From Cycas panzhihuaensis (lineage: Eukaryota > Plantae > Cycadophyta), in NCBI GenBank assembly GCA_023213395.1, contig CM041465.1, forward strand, positions 157,177,741 to 157,241,740: a stretch of 64,000 nucleotides of DNA, given 5' to 3'. A model generated the notes under the pieces. The model had not been told where the DNA came from. It made no database searches and saw nothing but the letters and a program-made list of their open reading frames with translations. Below are positions 51,611 to 64,000 of the stretch, one piece after another. Positions within the stretch are counted from its first letter, which is position 1; each line of letters opens with the position of its first letter. Position numbers and translations under genes: made by a program.

Positions 51611-54600
51611 CAATTGGAAAATGTAGTGACTATATTCATTTTAGGATTAAGACAGACAGAGGCAGTAGGGGAGATCCAACTAGCAAGGAGCAACCAGGGA
51701 GTTGAGATCTAGTCGAACCAAGGATAGATGGGCTATGAGAGAATGGGGACACTAACGAAGGTCAGATCTGCAAGCCGACTGAGCACTCCATAGAGTTTCA
51801 AGTGAGGGAATACCCCTCTATAAGCATAAATGAATGGCTAGGGTTTGGAAAATGGAATGACCAGGGATGGTCTTTGATCTAAGGGAGGGGTGTGAGCAAA
51901 CAAGTCAATGGTAGAGCACCTAGAAGCTTTCCATGTAATCTCACAAGGAGAGATAGTAGAGATCAGTTTATCTTGGGGGGAGAAGGCTAAATGTTTCCAA
52001 CTTATCAGGTGAGGAACCCAGCTTTCTTTTGAATTGGTTTTCCTTCCTATTTGAGATGGTAGATTGATTGCACAGTAGCTAGATTTGTCTTACCCTTATA
52101 TGATGGAGAATATAGGGGACAAGAGCCCTTTCAACCAAACTCAAAACCTCCCCATCGAGAAATCATATTTGGAAGCATTAAAGAAGGGTGAAATGGAAGC
52201 CTTAGAAATAAACACTATAATCCAAGATGACTTGATTAAAATACCTATCCCCAAGAAGCTAATAGAGAGAAATGAAGAATATTGGGAGAATAATTTGGTC
52301 AGTAGATTCTTTGGCCTAAGACTTGGTCTTGACATCATAAGAAAATGGATGATTAATAGAAGGAAACTAAGGATCCTAGTGGAAGTTATGGCTTACCTCA
52401 TGGGTGTGTTATATTCAAAATTTCAAACCAGGAAGATATGGTTAGTATCTTGTTTAGGGCTCCATGGATTCTACCAGCTATAAAATAGATGCCTATATAA
52501 GAGTAAATACTAGAGCTTCCCCTAAAAGTGTAGGATTTAGAGGTTATCAAAGGGGTGGAAAAAGCCATAGGACCCCTATTGGCCATAGATTCTGCTATTA
52601 ATAATCGTAGCAGATTGATTAATGCTAGGTGTTGTCTCTTAATAAAAATTGATAAATCACTCCTAGATTGAGTCAGGATAGAGACAAAGGGTTAGAGTAA
52701 AGACCAAAACCTAGTGTATGAAGTGAAAAATATCAAATTCGTAAAATGTAAAAGATTTGGCCATCTACCTCATAATTATCTAGGTGAGCTAAAAAATGAT
52801 ATAAGGGAGGACTTTGGGCTAAAGAAATTAAAGGATTCACTAGGGTAAACCCTTGGAGAGGTGGAAGGGGAAGAAAACCTAGAGGAGGCAAGAGGATTAA
52901 ACTTGGATGCTGAGGACACCTTAAATAAGGTAGGTGATGAGAGCCAGGAAGTTAAAGTTATCTAAGAACCCCCACCGGGAGAAAAAGAGGAGTAGGGAAT
53001 ATGCCCTAGAGGGGGTGAGATCCTAGCAGGACATTCATCTACTTTAGGGCATAAGCCTACAAAGGATTAGGCACCATAAGTGCAAGAGGAAGCAATAGGG
53101 GGAGGGAAGGAGATAGACTCATGAGGAGCAGAGGAGTATTAGGAGATAAAGAGGCCCAGACCTAGGTGCTGAAAGGAGGGCGAGGAGACCTACCCTAAAG
53201 ATGGTTAGGGTAAGGGAGACAACTTCCAAAATTGATCAGGAAAGCCATTGAACCTTAAAGGAAAGTGGGATGGAAGGCCCAAAGTTGAGAAGCAGGAGAA
53301 GAGGGTCATCTCCTGGAATGTGAGGGCTTTAAATGCCCCCTTAAAACAAAGGATAGTTAAGGATCTATATATGAGATTGAAGTCGAAAATCATTCTACTC
53401 TAGGAAACCAAGTTGGAGCAAGATAATAAATCATCCAAAATAAATAAAATATGGAGAATAGTGGAAATGGAGATAAAGGAGGCTCACCATGGTTCTGAAG
53501 GGCTGGTAGTACTATGGAACCCTATGTTCTAGCAGGCAGAGGTTTAGGTGATTGGAAAATTATTTCATGTCTATCTATTGTACAAGTAGGAGGAAAAATC
53601 ACAAATGGTTGGCCACAAATGTTTATGCCCCTACTATCGTAGAAGGGAGAAAGGAGTTATGGGATAAGATACTAAAATATCATAAAAATTGACATGGTCT
53701 ATGGATGGTAGTAGGAGATTTCAATATTTCTCTTTCCCCTCGTGAGAAAAAGAGGGGGCAGAAGGGATGGATGCCCAATATGATGGATCTAAATGATTTT
53801 ATCCAAAAAGGAGATTTAGTGGACATTGACATAAGGGGTGCTAAATTCACGTGGTCAAATAGGAGATTAGAGGAACACCATATCCAAGTGAGATTAGATA
53901 GGATCATGGTAAATTGTGACTGGGTTCGTTGATATGATGATGTTAGATTAGAGGCCTTACCAAAAATGGCTTTAAAGCACTCCCCTTTGATGCTCGACTT
54001 CAAGTTCAACAAAAAGCATAGTGGCACTTCTTTTTGCTTTGAATTAATGCGGGTTAAACATCTAAATCTCAAGAATTTGATAACAGACTGGTGGGGAATT
54101 ATGATTAAAGGTAGCGCAATGTTTAGACTGTCTAGAAAGTTGGGGTGGGTGAAGAGGAAAATTAAAGAATGGAATAATAATATGCATGGCAATATCTTCA
54201 TCACTAAGGATCAACTAATGGAGGACTTGAAAGGAATTGAGGAGCTTATAGATAAGGAGGGAAGAACCTAGGATCTGGATCTAAAAGAGAGGGACATATC
54301 TAGGAGGCTAGATGAGACTCTGACTAAGGAGGAAATTCTCTAGAAGCAAAAATCGAGAGCACTCTAGTTGGCAGAAGGAGACAGGAACACTAAGTTTTTT
54401 CATTTGATGACTCTAAAGCATAGAGCCTATAACTAAATAAATAAGTTGTATAATAGGGATGGGGCAAAAACTAGTAATGAAGTAGAGATCAAGGAGATTG
54501 TGAAGGAATACTTCCAAGAGCTACTAAGGGAACTAGGATGTATTGATATAGAGGCTAGGAAGGAATATTTAGAAAGGATACCCAAGCTAGTGACTGAAGA

Positions 54601-55683
54601 TCAGAACAAGGATCTTATAGCCCCCTTCACCACATAAGAGGTGAAGGGAGCAGTTTTAAGTATAAAGAGGGACAAAGCTAGGCCTAGATGGCTTTCCCTT
54701 GGGCTTCTTCTAGATTTATTAGGATATTATTAAGAAGGATTTCATGGAAACACTGGGGGAATTTCATAAGAATGGTGAAATATTGGGGAAATGGCAAGCT
54801 ACCTTTTTAGCTCTGATCCATAAAAAATAAGGAGTTAAGATAATAGAGGAATATCATCCAATTAGCCTCTGTAATGTTGTTTATAAAACCTTGACAAAAG
54901 TATTGGCAAATAGCTTTAAAAGGATATTACCATATATTATATCCCTAACTAAGACAAGTTTGTAAAAGGGAGATAGATTTTGGATGGGATTATTGTAATC
55001 CATGAGACCATACACTTGGCCTATAAGAGGAAAGAAGTGGGGATGATAGTGAAAATTGATCTATCTAAAGCTTATAATAGGGTATCTTGGGAGTGCCTCC
55101 TAGATTGCCTTAGGGTGTTTGGCTTTGAAGAAAAATAGAGAGAATGGATGGCTCATTGTATTTCCAATCCCCAATACTCGATATTAATAAATGATACTTC
55201 GACAGGCTTTTTTCCTAGATCAAGAGGTCTTTGTTAGGGAGATCATCTTTCCCCCTATTTAATTATTATTTTGGCTAAGCTTTTGGGAAGGGTGACTAAG
55301 CAGGCCAGAAGGTAGAGGATAATAAAAGGTAGAAAGCCTATCTCTAGGATTGACAATATAGTCCACCATTAATTCATCAATAACAATATTCTTCTAGGTA
55401 AGGTATCCATAGAAGAGGCTTAGGTGATTAAAGAGAGACTTGAATGCTTTGAGAGAGCTACCAACTCGATGGTTAACTATAATAAAAGTTGTGTGTAATT
55501 TGTGAACACAGAGGAGAAGGTGCAAAGGAAGATCAACAAGATTCTTGAGATGTCGATCAAAAAGCTCTCTTCAATTTATTTGGCAATGCCCCTATTTGTA
55601 GGAAAACTTATAAGGCAAGCTTGGTCCCCTATCATAGATCAGATCCATAAGAAGCTAATAGGATGGAAACACTCTCTACTAAG
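51611..55683 (+). mobile_element. L1-clade LINE copy 2, 5' part (5' UTR, ORF1, ORF2 EN and RT), same family as copy 1
   Basis: ORF1 KSYLEALKK...YWENNLVSRFFG. ORF2 begins RVISWNVRALN (~53302); motifs MVVGDFN, FTWSNRR, RLDR, HSPLML, PISLCNV, GMIVKIDLSKAY, YLAMPLF. The 5' end CAATTGGAA...TTTAGG..GGGAGATCC resembles the 5' end of copy 1; start approximate. Confidence 0.88.
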
Positions 55684-55994
55684 TGAAAGAGGTTAATATA
55701 TCAAGGTCATTTATGTAAATTAATTATGTGACCTTAGGATATATAGTTAGCATTAGTCTCTTAATGAAATGCACTTTATGTGCATTTAGATGTAATTTTA
55801 GGTTCATGTCATTAGGGAAGAAAATCCCAACCCTAATACTCACCCTCAATAATAAAAGGTGAAATCTCAAGGAGGGAGTCATTATTCATTCTCACCTCCA
55901 AGCTTGCTCTTATATCTTGTTTCATCTCTTTTTCATTCTCCATTGTCATTGTGTGCATGTGAGTGATTTATTTCCTAGATCCATCCTTATTTCA
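55684..55994 (+). repeat. 5' LTR of copia C
   Basis: TGAAAG...TTTCA, followed by TG and the PBS TGGTATCAGAGC. Confidence 0.95.
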
Positions 55995-57202
55995 TGTGGT
56001 ATCAGAGCTAGAAGGGGATCTATTCACTCCATTCCACTTGCATAGAGTCATTTTGCCTCTCCTTCACCTTCAATGTGAAGTATTGAGAGTGAATTCATCA
56101 TTTTTTAATATTTTGAGAGCTTGAAATTATAGTACTTTGTATGTTGTTACTTTTTATATGTATAAAGAAATTTAGAGGTGAATAATATAGGTTTTTGAAG
56201 TCGTTCAACTGCTAAAACAGTCCCGAAAGCATTAAAGGCTTATAATTTCATAAAAAAATTAACCATCTCATAATTTGATTAAATTTGGCATGCAAGGTCA
56301 CCTTGACTAAAGGATCATTTTTTTCTTCTAGAGAAACTTTAGATTCAGCCTACAACAACAAGTTCTAGCTATGAAAAAAGAGTAAAATTTGTGGATAAGT
56401 GATTTAAGACACTTTTCCCAATGAAATAGATTAATTCTTAACTAAAAATTTGAAAGTTTTATTAAGGGATCTATTATATTTATGTCTTAGGATTAGTTTA
56501 AGATAATCTCATCAAATTTCATCCACTGGTTAGTGAGATCTATGCAGTTTTCTCATAATTGCTGATTTTGCCTACTCAACCCCACAAAGGATATTGCAAG
56601 GGCATTCCGGGTAACCTTTTGGTAGATTCTGGAGATAGTGTAGAAGGGAAAGTTAATGTATGTATCAAAACATAACTTTTGACATATTGAAGTTCAGATT
56701 CTGAGATAGTGGATCTGGCAGGATTTTGCTTTTGTGCTTTTTCGGGCATAAAATGTTTTGTGCCTTTTTAGAAATCTACCTTTATAAGTCTATCAAAAAC
56801 AACATTCTGAACACTTTTTCCTTCTATTATAAATTCATATTTTATCATTTAGGCCTTCATATTTGTAATTTTTAAAAATTATGTCCATTTATCATTATTT
56901 ATAAATTTTGTAAAAAAATCACAAAATAAGACAAAATAGCATGCATATAGATTTAGAAAAACTGACATTTTAGTAGCAAGTTAATCCGCTTTTTAGCCCA
57001 TTGTGGCTTTTGTATCAAAACTTCCAAAAACATATTTTAAAACATTGTACTAAAGCAAGGGAAACCTTTGATCGGAAGTAGCATCTAGTTCCTCTACTAA
57101 ATCTAACATGCTTTTTCTATTACACACATAGCATAAAGCATCACATAAAGCAACAACAACAACAAAGAAAGCACGAAAAGCAAGCAAGCACATTTGGCAA
57201 CT

Positions 57203-57750
57203 TTCTATTTTAGTTTTCAGTTATATGGAAACATCTTACATTATTCCTAAAAGGAATCTCATCCGTATGATCTATACCACCAGTTCTTGACTTATGCGTA
57301 CACTTTCCTTTGTTGAAATAGACCAAGGTTGGCCGAAGTCCAAGCCCTAAGGAAGGTATGAGTTTCATACTAAGTCTAGTCTTAACTGGAATAGTGGTGG
57401 AGGGACAAGTTAGCCATACCTACAGCCTCCAATCAGGGATAATCCTGATAACCACCTGGGAAAACTGAAAACCTTAATGCAAGATTAAAATTAACCTAGT
57501 CCAATATCTGTCATAGTCATGGGATATACAATACCGTTTGACTCTTCGGAGGAGGTATATAGCTACTCATTGGTGAACTAGGTGAGGATTGAGAGGACCC
57601 GGGCTCCACTGTGACTTGGATTTCATCACTAAGCACAAGTACAGGTATCATGGGTGAAGGCCTTAATCATATACTAGAAGCCTTAGGCATCAAAACCTCA
57701 CCTACATTTGGGCATAAGTGAGAGGTTAGTGGCATGACACATCACCACTC
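57203..57750 (+). ncRNA. Putative large structured cis-RNA in the 5' leader of copia C
   Basis: Homologue of 30370-30926. Contains CTC-TTCG-GAG (cUUCGg) at 57542-57551 and ATCAGG-GATAAT-CCTGAT at 57432-57449. Confidence 0.6.
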
Positions 57751-57943
57751 TTTACCAACTCTATATTAGGTCTCATTCTTGCATCATTACTTATACTCAT
57801 TTTTCATAGTTATTGAAAATACATAATCATTGCTTGCTTCTTATCATAATATTCATTTCTACACCCCTTCTGTGCCAGGTGTATTAACCACACGTGTGTG
57901 TGGCACATACTTCTATCATCTCTTCTACTTCTTCATCATCACC

Positions 57944-60900
57944 ATGTCATCTCAATTAAAGTAAAATATTAACTGCATATTAAAAGGCAAAGAAAATTAG
58001 GATCTATGGTACACCAGAGTTAAAAATATTGCAAAGTATGAAGGCCTTTAAAGAGCCCATTTGCAGCCTACACCTAGCATACCAGCAATAGCTACAACAT
58101 CCACTTCCAGTGGATCCGCCCCAACAACTCCTACAGATGTTGCAGCTAAATTACAATGGAAGATAAGTGATGAAAAGATTCGTACAAGAATTATATTGGT
58201 CACTGATCACTCCTTGCACAACTTGATTAATGAAGAGCAACATGATACAGCCTGGAAGGTCCTTAAAGTTCTCAAGAAGAACTTTGATACCAAATCAAAT
58301 TTAGAATTTGTTCATCTTATTCTGAAAATAAGCAAATTAAAAATGCAGAAGGGATGAGCTCATGAGATAATAAATCTCCTTCAACTAATCAAACAGGCAA
58401 TTGATAAAGATTTTAAGACCCAATGTATCACTTAGGTATTCTTGATCCGGTTATATCTACATGTTCTTAATTATTAAAAGTTGCTTGGAAGTCTTCAATC
58501 TAGTGGAACATTGAAGACACTCAACTTTGAAGCACTTATTGATAAGTTTATTAAATTTAACAAGACTTTTGATATGAACTTTGTAGCCTCTGACTCTCCT
58601 CCAGATGCAGCCTTTGACGTAGAAGAAGAAGTTTGCTACACAAGAAATCAAGGTCCCTCTTGAGGTAGAGGAAATAACTAAACAAGAAAAAAAGGAAGAA
58701 ACATGGTAAATTATCCACAAGGTTAACCAAACCCTCAATCACAGCCTCGACAATTTTAAGGCCAAGGGCCACCTCAACAAAGAGTAATACAGTCAGGCCA
58801 AACTAGTACCTCTTCAGGGAATGGTAATCAAACCATTATGTATGATTGATGTAACCATAAAGGACACTTAGCAAAAGACTACAGAACTGCCACTAATAAG
58901 TTGGCCAAGTTCCAACCAAAACATGGAGCTCACAATGTTGAAAAAGCTTATGAAAAATCCTATAGTGGTGTAGGTTTTATACAAGTACACATTCAAAGAA
59001 TTGAGGGATCTTTAGCATCAAATGCCATTGACCAACCAAAGAGATACTTTGAAGCTCGATGTAGATATATCACTTGTGAATTTCCTTCACCAATGCTAAG
59101 CCCTATTAGAATTGCCAATAATGTAGCTTCAATCGATGGATAGTGGATCATGGACACAGGAGCAACTCAACATATGACGTGCAATCACTGTCTATATTAA
59201 ACATTTGACTTAAATGTTCAAGGAGTTGTTCACATGGCTGATAAATCATAATAACTTGTTGAACGAATTAGTAACATTCACTTGAAACTCCCAGGATTAG
59301 AAGATTTTACATTGCCTAGTGTCTTATACATACCCAATCTTAAACAAAACCTACTCTCCTTATCCACATTTGTCTCTCATGGATTTGATCTTAGTGTAAC
59401 CATAAATGAGCAAACTCTCTAGGTCATTCACGCTCCAACTAATCAAGTGGTTTTGACTGGACATCTCTCTAGCAAACTCTTTTAACTAAATGACTCTCCA
59501 TCTTCCGAAGCCCATTATGCCCAAAACTCTTGTGCCGATGAAGAATTTACATTTAATTCCATCTTGACCCACCCAACTTTATCACCAGAAGCTCTTTGGC
59601 ATGCTCGCATGGGCCATGTTCACATTGATAGACTTAGAGATCTTTCTAACACTCTTCCAAATCTTCCAAAGTTCTCCTCTAAGCCCTTTAAATGTAAAGC
59701 TTGTATCATTGTCAAATCTCATCAACAACCCTTTTCCAAAAGTCAGTAGAAATCAAGCCATCTATTACAATTGGTACACTCTGATTTGTGTGGGCTAATG
59801 CCTATTCCTTCACTAAAGGACAAGTTATATTACATCTCTTTTATTGATGATTTCACTAGAAAAGTATGGGTAGCTTTTCTACACAAGAAAGATGAAACCT
59901 TCTGTGTATTCAAAGAATTCAAAGCCCTCACTGAAAAAGAGCAGGTTATCAAGTTAAATGTCTTCGAACTGATAATGGTGGCGAATATACCTCACATGAG
60001 TTTGAAAGCTACCTTCAAGACAATAGCATCAAGCATCAAATAATAGTAGCAGGTATCCCACAGCAAAATGGAGTTGCCGAGCGCATAAACAGGATAATCA
60101 TGAACATGGCTTGGGCTATGTTGATAAATAAAAATGTACCTACCTACCTATGGGTTGAAGCCATCTGGATAATTTTTTATTGTATCAATGTTGTTAGCCC
60201 ATCAAAGAAAGTACAATCACTTAATGAAAAATGGTCAGGACAAGCTCCCATTGTTCACTACTTCAAAATTTTTAGCTCTACATGCTATGCCCATATTCTG
60301 GATAGAGATCAAAATAAACTCCAGCCAAGGGCACTTAAAGGCATATTTGTTGGATACCCTATGGATAAGAAAGGGTATAAGGTCTTTATACCTTCACAAC
60401 AAAAAATTATCGTTACCAAAGATGTCATTTTTGCAAAGACAGATGATCAATTACTTAAACTGGACTCCAAAGTACCCTCGCGCCACTATAACCATGTTAT
60501 CAAGTATGATGTTCAAATTTTAAAATTTGGGGGGGGGGGACAGATATAAATTACTCCAAATATTGAAAGCTCACAATAGAGCCTCGAAGGATACAAATTG
60601 TGACTCTGAACTGATGAGTGCACATCCAGCACTATCCTTTGAAGATAACAGAGTTAACAAAGGCAAAGCCATTATAGAAGAACCATCCTCTCTACCTTTA
60701 GTTGATAAAGGCAAAACAGTGGTAGAATGACCATCTTCCTTAGGTGCATCAACATCCTCCTCACAAAATAATCATTTTAATGAATAAGATAAGAACCAAG
60801 AAGTTGAGGAAATGAGGACTTCATTCCTAACTCGAGTATCTCAAGAAGCCCACCAACTCAATAAGGACATACGACCAAATGAGGTGGGCAAAACTAGCAC

Positions 60901-62517
60901 TTGAAGTGCCCATAGAGCAAAGATGTAGAAATACTGAGATTGAACAAGTAGAACAGCACCTTACTCTTAATGAAGAGCCCCTCTCATACCAGGAAGCTAT
61001 AAAACATATAGTTTAGAGAAATGCCAGGAATGAAGAGTACCAATCTCTTATCAAGAATGGTACATAGGAGCTCATTGATCTACCACTTAGCAGAAAGGTA
61101 GTTCAAAATAAATGGATGGTCAAAAACAAATATAATCAGATGGCACCTATGAAAAATATAAGGCGAGGTTAGTAGCTAAAGGATTTACACAAAGAGAAGG
61201 CATCAACTACACTGAAGTTTTTGCACCTATAACCAAGTGGCCTACAATTAGAACTCTTATGGCATTGGCTGCTCAATAAGGTTGAAAAATCCACCAACTC
61301 GATATTAAGACCAGTTTCTCAATGGAGATCTTGAAGAAGAAATTTACATAGCTCAACTAGAAGGATATGAGATCAAAGGTCAAGAGCATAAGGTTTATAG
61401 GCTTAGAAAGTCCTTATACGACCTTAAACGAACCCCTTGTGCTTGGTTTGCCAAGTTGTCTGAAAGAATGAGGTAACTTGGATACGGAGTTTGTAACTAC
61501 TAAGATATTGATGCAATATTGTTCATCAAGCGCCATAAGGATAAAGACACTTATCTCATAATCTTTATGGATGACATGCTAGTAATGGGTAATAGTAAAC
61601 AAGTAATAAGCTAGTTGAAAAGAAACCTTAGCAAAACGTTGGAATTGTTTGACCTCGATTTAATGAAATATTATTTGGAAATTGAAGTAACACAAAAGAA
61701 TAGAAAAATTTTCCTCTCCTAAGAAAAATACATCAATGATCTTCTAACCAAGTTTCAGTTAGAAGATGCTCAACTAATGATGTTACCTATGGACCCTAAT
61801 ACCAAACTCTCAGTTGAAGGTGACATTAAGAAGATAGACACAATACTCTATAGGAAACTTATAGGTAGTCTCACCTACACTACCAATACAAAGCTAGATA
61901 TTGCACACTCTATTGACATTCTTACTCATTACATAACAAATCCTAAGCAGAATCATTAGTAGGTAGCAGTTCGAGTCTTGAGATACCTTAAGACAACCAG
62001 TAAATATGGTCTGCTGTATAAACCTAATTCAAACTTCAAACTTTCTATATACACAGATTCAGACTTTACAAGAGATAAAGATACAGGAAGATCTACTTCT
62101 GGGTATATAACGTTTCTTAGAACAGCGCCAATATCATGGAGATCTAGACGGTAGAAGATAGTTACAAATTTAACTGCCAAAGCTAAATACATTGCTGCTT
62201 CTAAGACTAGTAAAGAGGTGATATGGCTTAGAAATTTATTAGAAACATTGAATATCACCTAAATAAGTTCTATCGACCTTTATGTGAATAATCAATCAGT
62301 AATCTACATGGCAAAAAATCCTATATTTCATTATTGTACCAAACACATAAGTACGAAAATCCACAAGATTAGAGAACTTGTTCATGATGGCACAATTCAA
62401 TTGGAATACTACCCCATAGCAGATTAAGTGGCTGATATTTTCACTAAACCACTACAAAAGGTGAAGTTTAAACAGTTTTGAAGGCAACTCAGCCTTAGGG
62501 CCTCCATCTTTGACTAA
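57944..62517 (+). pseudogene. Decayed copia gag-pol polyprotein (element C)
   Basis: ATG at 57944. Motifs WIMDTGATQHMT, LWHARMGH..CKACI, VHSDLCG..YYISFIDD, PQQNGVAER and GIFVGY..DKKGYK; RT and RNase H collinear with element B. TAA at 62515-62517. Confidence 0.92.
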
Positions 62518-62965
62518 TCAAAGAAGATGGCAATAGAATCATCATATTCTATTCTCTTCGTGAAAACCCCTTGTGACCAAGGAAGAATAAGAGTAAGTCT
62601 CTACTCTATTCTATTTGTGAAAACCCCATGTGGGCACAGAAGGATAAGGGTTGTACTAGTTTTGGAAAATCAGAACCTGTGAAAACCCAAAAGGGCATAG
62701 GGGATGATCAAACGGTATATGGAGACTTAGCAGATTAAGCTGCACATTTAAGTTGCTTGGCTATCAGGTTACATCAAAGAGCCACCTTAGCTATTTTAAT
62801 TTATAAAAGGGGCTATAGATCTTAGAAAGTTTATGCGTTTTTATTCCCCATAAGGGTTTTCCCATAAAAGTGTCATTTAGAATTTCAATGTAATAATAAG
62901 GCTCAAATGAAGACCTCATAGAATAGATTTTCTCAAAATTTACCTTTCACCATTAAGGGGAGGAT
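62518..62965 (+). ncRNA. Structured 3' UTR of copia C with three A-bulged hairpin modules
   Basis: GTG-AAAA-CCC..GGG modules at ~62545-62595, ~62603-62651 and 62676-62701, homologous to element B. Confidence 0.5.
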
Positions 62966-63275
62966 TGAAAGAGGTTACTGTGTCAAGGTTATTTGTGTAG
63001 ATTAATTATGTGACCTTAGGATATATTGTTAGTATTAGTCTCTTAATAAAATGCACTTTATATGCATTTAGATGTAATTTTGAGTTCATATCATTAGGCA
63101 AAAAATCCTAACCCTAATGCTCACCCTTAATAATAAAAGGTGAAATCTCAAGGAGGGAGTCATTATTCATTCACACCTCTAAGCTTGTTCTCATATCTCG
63201 TTTCATCTCTTTTTCATTCTCCATTGCTATTATATGCATGTGAGTGATTTATTCCCTAGATCCATCCTTCCTTCA
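62966..63275 (+). repeat. 3' LTR of copia C
   Basis: About 90% identical to 55684-55994 by manual count. Confidence 0.95.
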
Positions 63276-63280
63276 CTAAG

Positions 63281-64000
63281 TCAGGCTGACAAGATACAAT
63301 TGTTATCTAATGTGCTTCAGAGTATTCTAGTATATATATGATATCAGTCTTTAGGATCCTGACCAAAGTTATTATAATATTAGAATCAATTTAGAAGAGA
63401 TTTCTTTGGTCAAGGGTTGAAGAGAAGGAAATGGTTCATCTAGTTGCTTGAGAGAAAGTTTGTTAACCAAAATGAATAGGGGGTTTGAACCTTAAGAGAG
63501 TGGCAACATTTAACAAGGCCCCGATGGTGAAACTCAAATGGCATCTGGCTATGGGAAAAGGAGCACTCTCAGAAAGGATCTTATCCTAAAAATATCTCCA
63601 TGGTTAGAATTTTTTGTTGGAGCATCTTGGGACCCTTTTAGGATCTCCTATATAGAGAAGTATAAAATACTCTAGACAAACATTAGTTGCAGGTGTGCAA
63701 TGGAGACTAGGCAATGGAGCTTCCATAAATTTCTAAGAAGACATGTGGTGTAGGCTAGTATAATTGTCCAAAAAGGGAGATCTAGAGCCCTTAATGGAAG
63801 AATATATTAAAATTTATGGTACTAAGGTTAAAGATTATTGGGAGGGCTAATGCTAGACAAGAAGATGGAGATCATTTGAGGAACTTGAGAGGAACCTAAC
63901 CCTCAAGAATGTGATGGAGGAGCTTAGAAAAACCCTTGTGTAATGCTACATTCCCAAATTTAAAGTGGTTGATGATATGGTCTAGCTCCTATCCCCTTCT
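63281..64000 (+). mobile_element. L1-clade LINE copy 2, continuation of ORF2 (runs off the window)
   Basis: Removing copia C and one TSD rejoins WKHSLLS|QADKIQLLSNVLQSILVY. Later GNGASINF*EDMW and VKDYWEG..RRWRSFEEL match LINE copy 1. Confidence 0.92.

Larger units (their letters stand above)
55684..63275 (+). mobile_element. Ty1/copia LTR retrotransposon C (relative of B) nested in LINE copy 2
   Basis: LTRs 55684-55994 (311 bp) and 62966-63275 (310 bp), TG...CA, about 30 differences by manual count. Perfect TSD CTAAG (55679-55683 / 63276-63280). PBS 55997-56008. PPT AAGGGGAGGAT 62955-62965. Confidence 0.96.

Noticed and set aside
57445-57472. Hammerhead ribozyme-like core CTGATAA-CCACCTGG-GAAA with a possible stem III to GTTTTCAGTTA
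   Set aside because: Both copies have CUGAUAA rather than CUGANGA (no C3-G8 pair). No stem I can form after the putative cleavage triplet, and CTGAT is sequestered in the conserved ATCAGG/CCTGAT hairpin.
57692-57750. Canonical group II intron DV/DVI
   Set aside because: Only topological resemblance: no AGC/CGC triad, GNRA loop or GUGYG 5' end. Not annotated as an intron; kept only as a hypothesis.

Overview
This is AT-rich plant nuclear DNA, probably from a large gymnosperm-like genome (inferred from the receptor-kinase motifs and the TE landscape). It consists mostly of nested, decayed retrotransposons around one intact host gene. The gene is a two-exon LRR receptor-like kinase with a non-RD kinase domain (LRR-XII, EFR/FLS2/XA21-like; CDS 41616..44352 + 44447..44826) and a W-box cluster upstream. 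Three Ty1/copia elements have both LTRs, PBS, PPT and TSD: A (4125-17759, minus strand, old, with a full-length L1 LINE nested in its leader), B (29004-36567) and C (55684-63275, inserted into ORF2 of a second LINE of the same family). Ty3/gypsy remnants, dispersed repeats and tandem repeats fill the rest. The most notable observation concerns the diverged copia elements B and C. They share an ~550-nt non-coding block in the 5' leader with many compensatory base changes and a cUUCGg tetraloop, and three repeated A-bulged hairpins in the 3' UTR. These look like large structured RNAs of unknown function. All alignments, identities and pairings were done by eye.
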